64,000 nucleotides of DNA from an uncultured Rhodobacteraceae bacterium (GCA_965662745.1 CBFIJK010000006.1:1496-65495), one strand, 5' to 3'; shown: positions 10,354 to 19,792, counted from the stretch's first letter. Notes: a model not told the origin generated them from the sequence alone. Translations and numbers: made by a program.

Positions 10354-10616
10354 ATGTCCGGCATCAAGATCGCCGTCACGCAACCGTCGCCGCCCCTCTC
10401 CAACATGTCTGGGAGGTCCATACCGCCCCGAATGCTATTGCCCTCGCACCGGACGGTGGCAGGCAGTCTCGGACGACCTTTGCCCCGTCCGAGGACGGGA
10501 CGGAGGTGACTATGGCTTTCGATGTCGAAACCAAGAATCCGGTTGAGATGCAGCGGGGCGGTTGGACGGCAATCCTGAACAATTTCAAGGCTTACGCGGA
10601 ACGAACATCGCGCTGA
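10354..10616 (+). pseudogene. SRPBCC / AHSA1-like protein remnant (frameshifted and shortened)
   Basis: MSGIKIAVTQ is read in one frame. The continuation TVAAPLQHVWEVHTAPNAIA...GTEVTMAFDVE...QRGGWTAILNNFKAYAE is in another frame. The total length is well below that of typical family members. Confidence 0.45.
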
Positions 10617-10635
10617 CGAATAGGGGACGACGCGA

Positions 10636-10845
10636 ATGGCAGGCAGACTTCTGAGAATTGGCGCGGCCGGATCGGCCATTGCTGCGCTCTGCTGTTTCAC
10701 TCCGATCCTGCCCGCTGTCCTTACCTCACTCGGGCTGTCGGGACTGGTGGGGTTCTTGTATACAGATGCTGTTTTGCTGCCGGTTCTGGCCGGATTTCTC
10801 ATGCTGACGGGGTATGCGCTATGGAAACGCAAAACGAGGGGGTAA
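10636..10845 (+). CDS. MerF-like two-helix membrane protein (vicinal Cys pair in TM1)
   Basis: A 69-aa protein with AALCCFTPILPAVLTSLGL...LLPVLAGFLMLTGYALWKRK, which resembles the MerF CCFTP motif. The C-terminal Cys pair of canonical MerF is absent. Confidence 0.6.
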   Translation: MAGRLLRIGAAGSAIAALCCFTPILPAVLTSLGLSGLVGFLYTDAVLLPVLAGFLMLTGYALWKRKTRG

Positions 10846-11045
10846 CACTTGAAACCGTTCTGACCTGCCCCTCCTGCGGGCATGTCGCGACCGAGGCAAT
10901 GCCGACCGATGCGTGCCAGTGGTTCTATGAATGCACCGGCTGTCACACGGTCCTCAGACCGCGCGCCGGGGATTGCTGCGTCTTTTGTTCTTACGCAACC
11001 GTCCCCTGCCCGCCCATCCAAGTGGGCGGCTCTTGCTGCGGCTGA
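10821..11045 (+). CDS. GDCCVxC-domain Cys-rich protein
   Basis: A 74-aa protein with CPSCGH...CQWFYECTGCHTVLRPRAGDCCVFCSY...SCCG. It overlaps the merF-like gene by 25 nt. Confidence 0.65.
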   Translation: METQNEGVTLETVLTCPSCGHVATEAMPTDACQWFYECTGCHTVLRPRAGDCCVFCSYATVPCPPIQVGGSCCG

Positions 11046-11069
11046 ACCAGCTTCACGCTGTCAGACCGA

Positions 11070-11378
11070 TCAAACCTCGATATCCAGCACGATCAGCCCG
11101 TCCACGCCGCCTTCGGCCCGCTCGACGATCTTGGACCCAAGCGCGCGGTGGTCGGGATGGTCGGCATAAGTTTTCAGATCGTCCCAGCTGGCAAAATCAA
11201 TCGTGAAGGCGTGCAGGTACCCGCGCTCGATCTCTTCGGGGCTGGTCGACCGCCCTCCGGTGAACCTGCGTGCACCCGGCAAGGTATCGACGAGCGCGGC
11301 GAGGCCGTCGTAAATCCCGGCGATCTGCTCCTCCGGAACATCGTCGCGGAATTTCGTCAGGACGATATGGCGGATCAT
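11070..11378 (-). CDS. Dabb-family (stress-responsive alpha/beta barrel) protein
   Basis: The sequence [19 protein letters not shown]...HAFTIDFASWDDLKTYADHPDH is present. It has a 4-nt overlap with the upstream ABM gene. Confidence 0.7.
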   Translation of the reverse strand: MIRHIVLTKFRDDVPEEQIAGIYDGLAALVDTLPGARRFTGGRSTSPEEIERGYLHAFTIDFASWDDLKTYADHPDHRALGSKIVERAEGGVDGLIVLDIEV

Positions 11379-11686
11379 TCCAGTTCCTGCACGCTTTCGA
11401 ACAGCTCCAGTTCCGGCGGGCCAAGGTAGAGGCCCTTGTTCCCGCCAGCGCCCTTGTGGGCCTCACGGAAGGCTTCGGATTTCGTCCAGTCGATGAAATG
11501 CGCCTCGCTCTCCCACATCGTGTGCGAGGCATAAGCGCGGTAGGTGTCTTTCTCTTCGCCCTTCAGCAAATGGAATGCCTTGAAGCCGGGCACCGATTTG
11601 AGGTGACTGTCGCGGCTGGACCAGACCTCTTCGAACGCCTCTTCCTGTCCAAGCTTCACCTTGAAGTGGTTCATCGTCAGGTACAT
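11375..11686 (-). CDS. antibiotic-biosynthesis-monooxygenase (ABM)-fold protein
   Basis: The sequence [22 protein letters not shown]...FKAFHLLKG...[26 protein letters not shown] is present. The start is taken at an internal ATG so that it does not overlap pth. Confidence 0.65.
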   Translation of the reverse strand: MYLTMNHFKVKLGQEEAFEEVWSSRDSHLKSVPGFKAFHLLKGEEKDTYRAYASHTMWESEAHFIDWTKSEAFREAHKGAGGNKGLYLGPPELELFESVQELE

Positions 11687-11759
11687 CGCCGCCTCCTCTG
11701 GCAAATTTCGTCTCGATACGACATGTAAGGCCCAGACACCCCCTGCAAAGGAGCCCGCC

Positions 11760-12452
11760 ATGAAGCTCTTCGTCGGTCTAGGCAATCCGGGCGCGAAATA
11801 CGCGCGCAACCGGCACAATATCGGGTTCATGGCGCTTGACCAGATCGCAAGCGATCACGGCTTTCCCGCATGGCGCGGCAAGTTTCAGGGACAGGTGACC
11901 GAAGGACGGCTGGGCCGCGACAAGGTGCTGCTGCTGAAGCCGGGGACCTACATGAACAAATCTGGCCAATCGGTCGCCGAAGCCGCGCAGTTCTACAAGC
12001 TCGGCCCGGAAGACGTCATCGTGCTGCATGACGAACTGGACCTCACGCCGGGCAAATGCCGTGTGAAGGATGGCGGCGGACATGCGGGGCATAATGGCCT
12101 ACGCTCGATCCACGCGCATCTGGGGCAAGATTATCGGCGCGTGCGGCTGGGCATCGGGCATCCGGGACACAAGGATCAGGTCGCAAATTACGTGCTGCAT
12201 GATTTCGCCAAGGCGGATGAGGCGTGGCTCGATGACCTGATCCGCGGGATTTCCGATGGCGCGGCCGCGCTTGCCGACGGCGATGGCGGGCGGTTCATGA
12301 ACGCGGTCGCGCTGCGCACGGCCCCAGCACGGTCGTCGGAAAAGCCCAAGCCCAAGCCCAAGGTGGAAGAACCCCACGCGCGCCCCGCGCCAGAGGATGC
12401 CCCGGCCGACGACCCATCCCCGCTGCAAAAGCTAATGGACCGCTTCAAATGA
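11760..12452 (+). CDS. pth: peptidyl-tRNA hydrolase
   Basis: Contains [27 protein letters not shown]...HDELDL...[12 protein letters not shown]. Confidence 0.93.
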   Translation: MKLFVGLGNPGAKYARNRHNIGFMALDQIASDHGFPAWRGKFQGQVTEGRLGRDKVLLLKPGTYMNKSGQSVAEAAQFYKLGPEDVIVLHDELDLTPGKCRVKDGGGHAGHNGLRSIHAHLGQDYRRVRLGIGHPGHKDQVANYVLHDFAKADEAWLDDLIRGISDGAAALADGDGGRFMNAVALRTAPARSSEKPKPKPKVEEPHARPAPEDAPADDPSPLQKLMDRFK

Positions 12453-13480
12453 GCGTACGCGCCGCCTTTGCCCAGCAGGCAAGGGCATGTGCGGCGCTCG
12501 GATCGCCCTTCACCGCGCGCGTGCTTGCGCTTGCGGGTGACCGGCTGACACCCAAGACGGCGGCGGGGCGGATGATCCTTGATTGGCCGGGCGATGCGGC
12601 GGGCGCAGCGGATTCGGTGCCTCTTCGGTTCGCCGGTGCGTTGCACCGGTTGGTTCAGCGGCGCGAGGCCGGTTTGGCCGAGCATTGGCCGCCCTTCGAG
12701 ACAAAGGATGCCGCGCTTTGGGCGGCGGTCGAACACGCGATGGAGACGCAGTCAGAGGCACTATTCGACTGGCTCAGGTCTCCGCCGCAAACGAACGAAG
12801 TGCGGCGCGCTGCTGCTCTGGTCCCGGCGCTGCACCTCGTGGCGGCCCATTCCGAGGGCGATCTGCATCTTCTGGAACTTGGCGCCAGCGCGGGCCTCAA
12901 CCTGTTGCTCGACCGTTTTGCCGTGCAGGCGGGCGAGGTGTCCTATGGGCCGGAGGAACCGATCCTGACCCTTGCGCCGGACTGGACGGGCCCCGCTCCG
13001 CAGCCCTCTGCCGTGCGCATCGCAGCCCGGCGCGGTGTGGACTTACAGCCCATCGACCCGAGCGACCCCGAGGACAGGGAACGGCTGCTGTCCTACCTCT
13101 GGCCCGACCAGCCGGAGCGGCGGGCACGCACCCTTGCCGCGCTGGACGCGGCGCAGAAGATGCGGCTGACGGTTGAGACAGGCGATGCGGGCGGATGGCT
13201 GGAAGACGCGCTAGCCAATGTGCCAATAGGCCAGATGCCAATCGTCTATCACACCGTCGCGTGGCAGTACTTCCCCGACGCCACGAAGGCCAAGGCGATG
13301 GGCGCGATGTCTCGCTTCGGTCAGACCCGTCCCCTCGCCCGCATCGGGCTGGAGGCTGATGGCGAGGCGCCGGGCGGAGGCCTGACCCTGACCCTATGGC
13401 CGGGCGAGCAGGTTATTCCCCTTGGACGCGCCGATTTTCACGGGCGCTGGGTGGACTGGCAGGGCCCGGCGGCTATCTGA
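12449..13480 (+). CDS. DUF2332-family protein
   Basis: A 343-aa protein with [15 protein letters not shown]...[13 protein letters not shown]...YHTVAWQYF. Its ATG overlaps the pth stop (ATGA). Confidence 0.6.
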   Translation: MSVRAAFAQQARACAALGSPFTARVLALAGDRLTPKTAAGRMILDWPGDAAGAADSVPLRFAGALHRLVQRREAGLAEHWPPFETKDAALWAAVEHAMETQSEALFDWLRSPPQTNEVRRAAALVPALHLVAAHSEGDLHLLELGASAGLNLLLDRFAVQAGEVSYGPEEPILTLAPDWTGPAPQPSAVRIAARRGVDLQPIDPSDPEDRERLLSYLWPDQPERRARTLAALDAAQKMRLTVETGDAGGWLEDALANVPIGQMPIVYHTVAWQYFPDATKAKAMGAMSRFGQTRPLARIGLEADGEAPGGGLTLTLWPGEQVIPLGRADFHGRWVDWQGPAAI

Positions 13481-13485
13481 GGGAC

Positions 13486-13875
13486 ATGAGCACATCGCCC
13501 GATCCTTCCTTCAACATCCTCGGCGGTCGGCTGGAGCCTTGCTCGACCGAACCGCTGACCGGTTTCTTCCGCAATGGCGCCTGCGACACTTGCGCGGCCG
13601 ATCAAGGCAGCCACACCGTCTGCGCCGTCATGACAGCGGAATTCCTCGCCTTCTCGAAATACGTGGGCAATGACCTGTCGACTCCGCGCCCGGAATTCGG
13701 CTTTGCGGGGCTGAAGCCGGGGGACAAATGGTGCCTTTGCGCCGGGCGCTTCCTGCAGGCGCATGAGGACGGCTGCGCACCGAAGGTCGATCTGGCCGCA
13801 ACGCATATCCGCGCGCTCGACATCGTGCCGATCGACGTTCTGCGGACCTACGCGCTGGACGATGCCACGGGTTGA
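13486..13875 (+). CDS. DUF2237-family protein
   Basis: Contains NILGGRLEPCSTEPLTGFFRNGACDTCAADQGSHTVCAVMTAEFLAFSKYVGNDLSTPRPEFGFAGLKPGDKWCLCAGRF. Confidence 0.65.
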   Translation: MSTSPDPSFNILGGRLEPCSTEPLTGFFRNGACDTCAADQGSHTVCAVMTAEFLAFSKYVGNDLSTPRPEFGFAGLKPGDKWCLCAGRFLQAHEDGCAPKVDLAATHIRALDIVPIDVLRTYALDDATG

Positions 13876-14372
13876 GCGGCGGGTACGATCGCGTCGCCCA
13901 TCAGATCGTCCAGAAACAGGCTTAGCAGCTGCGGCCGCCCGCTGACCCCGGCCTTGCGGTATACGGCGTTCGTCTGTGCCTTGACCGTGCCTTCGGACGT
14001 GCTGCGCACTGACGCAATTTCCGAAAGTGAGAGGCCCTTGATCGCGAAGAGGGCCACCTCGCGTTCCGCTGGGGTCAGACCCCAATCGGCGAAGCGTTCT
14101 TCAAGAATTTCAGCGAAGGCCCCCGACGCGACGCGAAGCTGCGCCTCGATCCGGGCGCTGCGCCGCTCGGCCCGAATGAGGGTGATCGCGCCAAAGCCCA
14201 GTCCAATGATCAGGCCAAGCGCTGCGCCAAGTTCCATCAATTCGCGGGTCTGCCAGCTGATCGGGCTGGCGCGCAGGCCAAGCACAGTTGCGATCAGATC
14301 CCACATGAAGATGATCGTGCAGACCGCCTGCACCGCCAGCCCGGCGTAAAGAAGCGCAGGCCTAATCATCAT
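13848..14372 (-). CDS. membrane-anchored LuxR/GerE-type HTH transcriptional regulator
   Basis: The N-terminus has two hydrophobic helices. The C-terminus LTPAEREVALFAIKGLSLSEIASVRSTSEGTVKAQTNAVYRKAGVSGRPQLLSLF is a GerE-type HTH. The start overlaps the stop of the upstream PepSY gene. Confidence 0.75.
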   Translation of the reverse strand: MMIRPALLYAGLAVQAVCTIIFMWDLIATVLGLRASPISWQTRELMELGAALGLIIGLGFGAITLIRAERRSARIEAQLRVASGAFAEILEERFADWGLTPAEREVALFAIKGLSLSEIASVRSTSEGTVKAQTNAVYRKAGVSGRPQLLSLFLDDLMGDAIVPAAQPVASSSA

Positions 14373-14700
14373 CGTCGCCCTTGCCGCGCTTGTCGTCGTC
14401 TTCCTCTTCGTCGTCGTCGTCATCCAGATCGACCACCCAGCCCAGGGGCAGTCGGAACCCGCCATCCTCGGCCTCTGAATAGTCGCGCAGAACCTCTCCG
14501 GTGGCGCGGTTCAGGATGATCTCTCGGTCGATATCGTCCTTCTCGGCGACGATGCGAATGCGTCCAAGCCAGGTACGTTCGACCGAAATATCGTCATAGC
14601 CATCGGTCTGAAGCTGCGTGATCCAGGCCGACACGAAATCCTGCGCGGCGGCGGGTGCCGCCATCAGCATCAGGCCAAGGGCAAAGAGAATGGGGCGCAT
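14362..14700 (-). CDS. secreted PepSY-like protein with poly-Asp/Glu C-terminal tail
   Basis: It has a signal peptide (MRPILFALGLMLMAAPAAAQ), a PepSY-like core (LQTDGYDDISVERT...REIILNRATGEVLRD) and the tail DLDDDDDEEEDDDKRGKGDDDD. Confidence 0.6.
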   Translation of the reverse strand: MRPILFALGLMLMAAPAAAQDFVSAWITQLQTDGYDDISVERTWLGRIRIVAEKDDIDREIILNRATGEVLRDYSEAEDGGFRLPLGWVVDLDDDDDEEEDDDKRGKGDDDD

Positions 14701-14762
14701 GGGCCGATCTCCAACAGGTGGTCCCGGTCTAGGCGACCGGGACCCTTGCGACAAGCGCGGGC

Positions 14763-15062
14763 TCAGTCGTCGTCGCCGTCGCGGCTGTCGTCGTCGCCAT
14801 CGCGGTCATCGTCGTCATGGCTCTCGATCTCGGCCATGTCGTAGAGCACTTCTCCCGTCGCGGCGATCATGACGATCTCGCGCTCTTCGGTGCCGTTCTC
14901 GGCTTCGATCTTGATCTTGTCATCGCGTCCGCTCTCGACTTCGATCTTCTGGTAGCCGTCTGCACGCAACTGGGCGACGAGATCCTCGACCGGACCGGCA
15001 AACGCGGTGGTTCCAATAAGGGCGGCGACGGCGGCGGTGAGGGTGAAGGCTGTCTTGGTCAT
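14763..15062 (-). CDS. secreted PepSY-like protein with poly-Asp C-terminal tail (paralog of 14362..14700)
   Basis: It has a signal peptide (MTKTAFTLTAAVAALIGTTAFA), the core LRADGYQKIEVESG...REIVMIAATGEVLYD and the tail HDDDDRDGDDDSRDGDDD. Confidence 0.6.
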   Translation of the reverse strand: MTKTAFTLTAAVAALIGTTAFAGPVEDLVAQLRADGYQKIEVESGRDDKIKIEAENGTEEREIVMIAATGEVLYDMAEIESHDDDDRDGDDDSRDGDDD

Positions 15063-15210
15063 GAGGTATCTCCTGTCTGGGGCGCCACACCATGCGGCGC
15101 CTCGTGACAGCGAGATGGACCAGGACGGCTGGCCAATGCCATTGAGCAGGGGTTTAGCAAGGGCGGGACCAACCAAAGGCCCCTGCCCCTAAACGCAGGT
15201 TTAGGCGGGC

Positions 15211-16440
15211 CTAGTACTTGCCCATGTCAAAACCGAGATGCCGCGCGACAGTGAAGATGTCCTTATCGCCGCGTCCACACATATTCATGCAGATGATATG
15301 ATCGGCGGGCAGGTCCGGCGCAATCTTGGCGACATGGGCAAGGGCATGCGACGGCTCCAGCGCGGGGATGATGCCCTCGGTCTCGCAGCAGAGCGTAAAC
15401 GCCTCAAGCGCCTCTTTGTCGGTGATCGAGACATATTCCGCCCGGCCGATATCGTGCAGCCAGGAATGCTCTGGCCCGATGCCCGGATAATCGAGGCCCG
15501 CCGAAATCGAATGGCCTTCGAGGATTTGCCCATCATCATCCTGCAAAAGATAAGTCCGGTTGCCGTGCAGCACGCCGGGCCGCCCGCCGGTCAACGAAGC
15601 GCAATGTTCCATCTTGTCGTCGACACCCTTGCCGCCCGCTTCGACGCCGATGATGTGGACTTCCTTGTCGTCTAGGAAGGGATAGAACAGGCCCATCGCG
15701 TTCGACCCGCCGCCGATGGCCGCGATGATCGTGTCGGGAAGGCGCCCTTCGGCGGCCTGCATCTGTTCCTTGGCTTCCTTGCCGATGATCGACTGGAAAT
15801 CGCGGACCATAGCCGGATAGGGGTGCGGGCCCGCCACCGTGCCGATGCAGTAGAACGTGTCGCGGACGTTGGTCACCCAATCGCGCAACGCGTCGTTCAT
15901 CGCGTCCTTCAGTGTGCCGCGGCCAGAAGTCACCGGGATGACCTCGGCCCCCAACAGCTTCATGCGGAAGACGTTGGGCGCCTGGCGCTCGACATCATGC
16001 GCGCCCATGTAGACCACGCATTGCAGACCGAACTTGGCGCATACAGTCGCCGTGGCGACGCCATGCTGGCCCGCGCCGGTTTCGGCGATGATACGCTTCT
16101 TGCCCATGCGGCGGGCGAGGATGATCTGGCCCAGCACGTTGTTGATCTTATGCGCGCCGGTATGGTTCAGCTCGTCCCGCTTGAGATAGACCTTCGCGCC
16201 ACCAAGCCGTTCTGTCAGTCGCTCGGCAAAATACAAAGGGCTGGGACGGCCGACATAATGGGTCCAGAGATAGTTCATCTCGTCCCAGAAGCTGTCATCG
16301 GTCTTGGCGCGTTCGTATTGCTCTTCCAGCTCAAGGATCAGCGGCATGAGCGTTTCCGAAACGAAGCGTCCGCCGAAATCGCCGAAACGGCCCTTTTCAT
16401 CCGGACCGGTCATGAAGCTGTTCAGGATATCGTCGGGCAT
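15211..16440 (-). CDS. trpB: tryptophan synthase beta subunit
   Basis: A 409-aa protein containing [33 protein letters not shown] and GGGSNAMG. Confidence 0.96.
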   Translation of the reverse strand: MPDDILNSFMTGPDEKGRFGDFGGRFVSETLMPLILELEEQYERAKTDDSFWDEMNYLWTHYVGRPSPLYFAERLTERLGGAKVYLKRDELNHTGAHKINNVLGQIILARRMGKKRIIAETGAGQHGVATATVCAKFGLQCVVYMGAHDVERQAPNVFRMKLLGAEVIPVTSGRGTLKDAMNDALRDWVTNVRDTFYCIGTVAGPHPYPAMVRDFQSIIGKEAKEQMQAAEGRLPDTIIAAIGGGSNAMGLFYPFLDDKEVHIIGVEAGGKGVDDKMEHCASLTGGRPGVLHGNRTYLLQDDDGQILEGHSISAGLDYPGIGPEHSWLHDIGRAEYVSITDKEALEAFTLCCETEGIIPALEPSHALAHVAKIAPDLPADHIICMNMCGRGDKDIFTVARHLGFDMGKY

Positions 16441-16527
16441 GATTGGCGCTCCTCGTGCTGCGCATGCAGGTGTATCGCCCGGCGCGGGGGCGGTAAAGCG
16501 GGCAGACGCATCCTGCGCTGCGGCAAA

Positions 16528-17172
16528 TTAAAGGTTGGTGACAGAGGCGCCGAAGGCAGCGATCTTGCCCGCGTCCTTGACGCCCGGCGCGGATTCAACG
16601 CCGCTGGAGACGTCGATCTGCCGCGCGCCGGTCAGGCGCACCGCCTCTGCCGCGTTCTCGGGCGTCAACCCGCCTGCCAGCATCCAAGGCACGGGCCAGC
16701 GCCGCCCGGCGATCAGGCGCCAGTCGAAGGACACGCCATTGCCACCGGGCAGATCCGCGTCCTTCGGTGGTTTGGCATCGACGAGGATCTGATCGGCGAC
16801 CTTGGCGTAGTCATCCAGTGCCGCAAGATCCGCGGCATTTTCAACACCAACAGCCTTCATGACCGGAAGGCCATAGCGCGCCTTGATCTCGGCCACGCGG
16901 GCCGGTGTTTCGGACCCGTGAAGCTGCAGCATGTCGATCCCGACGCGCGACGTGATCTCGTCCAGAAGCGCGTCGTCGGCATTAACCACCAGCGCGACCT
17001 TGGCGATGCCCATGGGCACCTCGGCAGCAAGCGCCGCGGCGGTTTCGATGTCGATGTTGCGGGGCGATTTGGGGAAGAAGACGAACCCGACATAGGCCGC
17101 GCCCGCATCCACGGCCGCGCGGATATCGGCGGGCTGTGTCAGCCCGCAGAATTTTACCCGGATACCGGACAT
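16528..17172 (-). CDS. trpF: phosphoribosylanthranilate isomerase
   Basis: Contains [34 protein letters not shown]...LQLHG...[13 protein letters not shown]. Confidence 0.9.
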   Translation of the reverse strand: MSGIRVKFCGLTQPADIRAAVDAGAAYVGFVFFPKSPRNIDIETAAALAAEVPMGIAKVALVVNADDALLDEITSRVGIDMLQLHGSETPARVAEIKARYGLPVMKAVGVENAADLAALDDYAKVADQILVDAKPPKDADLPGGNGVSFDWRLIAGRRWPVPWMLAGGLTPENAAEAVRLTGARQIDVSSGVESAPGVKDAGKIAAFGASVTNL

Positions 17173-17549
17173 CAGGCGGACCTTTTGGTCCCCGACGTGT
17201 TTGCCGTGTTTTCCAGAAGGGCGATCACGTCATCGCCCTTGTCCTCGCGCAGGCCCGCCTTGCGGACTTCGCGTTCCAGACGCTCGCGTTCGGCGCGCTC
17301 GCGCGCTGCTTCGGCGCGGTGGCGATGTTCGCGCAGCCATTCCCAGACGAAGCCGATGAGAAGGCCTGCGAGAACGCCCGCGAATATCGGAACGAATAGC
17401 GGCACAGCGATCGCTGGCGCAAAGCCCAGAAGATTGCCCAAAGCGGTCGGCAAGAGCTGCAAGGTCACCGTCTCGCTGTTGGCGAGGGCGACGGCGATCA
17501 GACACACGGCCAAGGCGCCTAGGAAGGCGTAACGCAGATAACGCATCAA
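17172..17549 (-). CDS. LapA-domain (DUF1049) inner-membrane protein
   Basis: It has two TM helices and a charged coiled tail ([22 protein letters not shown]), and sits in the conserved position between ihfB and trpF. Confidence 0.65.
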   Translation of the reverse strand: MMRYLRYAFLGALAVCLIAVALANSETVTLQLLPTALGNLLGFAPAIAVPLFVPIFAGVLAGLLIGFVWEWLREHRHRAEAARERAERERLEREVRKAGLREDKGDDVIALLENTANTSGTKRSA

Positions 17550-17557
17550 TCGATCTT

Positions 17558-17842
17558 TCAGTCGTTTCCGTTCATCCGGTCCCGCAACAGCTTACCGGTC
17601 TTGAAGAAAGGTACGTGTTTTTCTTCAACTTCAACCGATTCGCCCGTGCGAGGGTTCCGTCCGGTGCGCGCATCGCGCTTTTTCACGGAAAACGCCCCGA
17701 AGCCGCGCAGTTCCACGCGATCGCCTGCGGCCATGGCGTCGATGATTTCTTCAAAAATCGTGTTCACGATGCGCTCGACATCGCGTTGATAGAGGTGCGG
17801 ATTCTCGTCGGCGATCTTCTGGATCAGTTCGGAACGGATCAT
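17558..17842 (-). CDS. ihfB: integration host factor beta subunit
   Basis: Contains [33 protein letters not shown]...[42 protein letters not shown]. Confidence 0.93.
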   Translation of the reverse strand: MIRSELIQKIADENPHLYQRDVERIVNTIFEEIIDAMAAGDRVELRGFGAFSVKKRDARTGRNPRTGESVEVEEKHVPFFKTGKLLRDRMNGND

Positions 17843-18053
17843 CGCCTTCTCTCCCTCTTTCGGCCCCGGTTGCCCAATCAGCCTTTTAACCAACTATACT
17901 GAAGAATGCATCGTGCAGAAACTAAATCCCGCCCCATCAGGGAACAAACTACCCGAATGGCCACAAGAATCAGCATTTCAAGGCGCGATTGTTAACGTAG
18001 CGTCACGCGCCCTTCGGCGAGATGGACGCCAAAAGCGAATCGCGCGGGCCGAC

Positions 18054-18085
18054 GAAAAACGGCCCCGCAATCGTCTGCGGGGCCG
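18054..18085 (-). terminator. intrinsic terminator of rpsA
   Basis: A 10-bp stem (CGGCCCCGCA / TGCGGGGCCG) with a 6-nt loop is followed on the minus strand by TTTTTCGTC, about 25 nt after the rpsA stop. Confidence 0.8.
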
Positions 18086-18109
18086 TCTTTTTCTGGTCGC
18101 AAAGGACCC

Positions 18110-19792
18110 TTAGTCGTCGTCGCCCTTGAGCGCCGCGCCAAGGATATCGCCGAGCGATGCACCCGAATCCGAGGACCCGAACTGCTCGACTGCTTCCTTC
18201 TCTTCCGCGATCTCGCGGGCCTTGATCGACAGACCCAGACGGCGCGACTTCATGTCGACATTGGTGACGCGCACGTCGACCTTGTCGCCCACGCCAAAGC
18301 GCTCGGGGCGTTGTTCGGCACGGTCACGCGACAGGTCGGAGCGGCGGATGAAGGACTTCATGCCTTCGTATTCCACCTCGATGCCGCCATCCTCGATCGC
18401 CGTCACTTCGACGGTGATGATCGAGCCGCGCTTCACGCCGTCTGCCGCTTCGGCAAAGGGGTCGCCGTCAAGCGCCTTGACGGACAGCGAAATCCGCTCT
18501 TTCTCGACATCCACTTCGGTGACAACGGCCTTGACCACGTCGCCCTTGCGGAAATCCTGGATCGCATCTTCGCCGCGCTGGTCCCAGCTGAGATCGCTGA
18601 GGTGGACCATGCCGTCGATGTCGTTCTCAAGGCCGATGAACAGACCGAATTCGGTGATGTTCTTGACCTCGCCCTCGACCTCGGTGCCGGTCGGATGGGT
18701 TTCCGCGAAGACTTCCCACGGATTGCGCATGGTCTGCTTGAGACCAAGGCTGACACGGCGCTTGGCGGTGTCGATCTCGAGTACCATGACTTCGACTTCC
18801 TGAGAGGTCGAAACGATCTTGCCGGGATGGACGTTCTTTTTGGTCCAGGACATTTCGGACACGTGAACAAGGCCTTCGACGCCCGGCTCCAGCTCGACGA
18901 ACGCACCGTAGTCGGTGATGTTCGTGACGCGGCCCGTGTGGGTCGAATCGAGCGGGTACTTGGCTTCCACATCGTCCCACGGATCGGCCTGAAGCTGCTT
19001 CATGCCAAGCGAGATACGATGGGTTTCCTTGTTGATCTTGATGACCTGAACCTTGACCGTCTCGCCGATCGCCAGGATCTCGGAGGGGTGGTTCACACGC
19101 CGCCAGGCCATGTCGGTCACGTGCAGCAGGCCGTCGACGCCGCCGAGATCGACGAATGCGCCGTACTCGGTGATGTTCTTGACCACGCCGTCAACCGCGT
19201 CGCCCTCGGTGAGCTGAGCGATGACTTCGGCACGCTGTTCGGCACGCGATTCTTCAAGGATGGCACGGCGCGAGACAACGATGTTGCCACGGCGGCGATC
19301 CATCTTGAGGATCTGGAACGGCTGCTTGAGACCCATGAGCGGGCCGGCGTCGCGCACGGGGCGCACATCGACTTGCGAACCGGGCAGGAAGGCCACGGCG
19401 CCGCCGAGATCGACGGTAAAGCCACCCTTCACACGGCCGAAAATCGCTCCTTCGACGCGAGCGTCGTCGGCATAGGCCTTTTCCAGACGGTCCCACGCTT
19501 CTTCACGGCGGGCCTTGTCACGGCTGATGACGGCTTCGCCACGCGCGTTTTCGACACGGTCGAGATACACCTCGACTTCGTCGCCCACGTTGATGTCGGG
19601 CGTCTCGCCGGGATTTGCGAATTCCTTGAGATCGACGCGGCCTTCCATCTTGTAGCCGACGTCGATAATGGCTTGGCCCGCTTCGACAGCGATGACCTTG
19701 CCTTTGACAACAGACCCTTCGTCGGGCGTGTCGATTTCGAGGCTTTCATTAAGGAGGGCTTCGAATTCCTCCATGGATGCGTTCTGAGCCAT
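18110..19792 (-). CDS. rpsA: 30S ribosomal protein S1
   Basis: A 560-aa protein with six S1 repeats (G.V..ITDYGAFVEL type motifs recur). Confidence 0.97.
   Translation of the reverse strand: MAQNASMEEFEALLNESLEIDTPDEGSVVKGKVIAVEAGQAIIDVGYKMEGRVDLKEFANPGETPDINVGDEVEVYLDRVENARGEAVISRDKARREEAWDRLEKAYADDARVEGAIFGRVKGGFTVDLGGAVAFLPGSQVDVRPVRDAGPLMGLKQPFQILKMDRRRGNIVVSRRAILEESRAEQRAEVIAQLTEGDAVDGVVKNITEYGAFVDLGGVDGLLHVTDMAWRRVNHPSEILAIGETVKVQVIKINKETHRISLGMKQLQADPWDDVEAKYPLDSTHTGRVTNITDYGAFVELEPGVEGLVHVSEMSWTKKNVHPGKIVSTSQEVEVMVLEIDTAKRRVSLGLKQTMRNPWEVFAETHPTGTEVEGEVKNITEFGLFIGLENDIDGMVHLSDLSWDQRGEDAIQDFRKGDVVKAVVTEVDVEKERISLSVKALDGDPFAEAADGVKRGSIITVEVTAIEDGGIEVEYEGMKSFIRRSDLSRDRAEQRPERFGVGDKVDVRVTNVDMKSRRLGLSIKAREIAEEKEAVEQFGSSDSGASLGDILGAALKGDDD

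Noticed and set aside
10636-11045. A mercury-resistance (mer) operon.
   Set aside because: Only a MerF-like membrane protein and a GDCCVxC protein are present. No MerR, MerA, MerP or MerT was found, so this cannot be called a functional mer operon.
14365-14430. GAC/GAT-rich tandem repeats at 14365-14430 and 14766-14815, considered as a microsatellite or array.
   Set aside because: They are in frame within the two PepSY-like genes and encode the poly-Asp/Glu tails. They are low-complexity coding sequence, not a non-coding repeat or CRISPR array.
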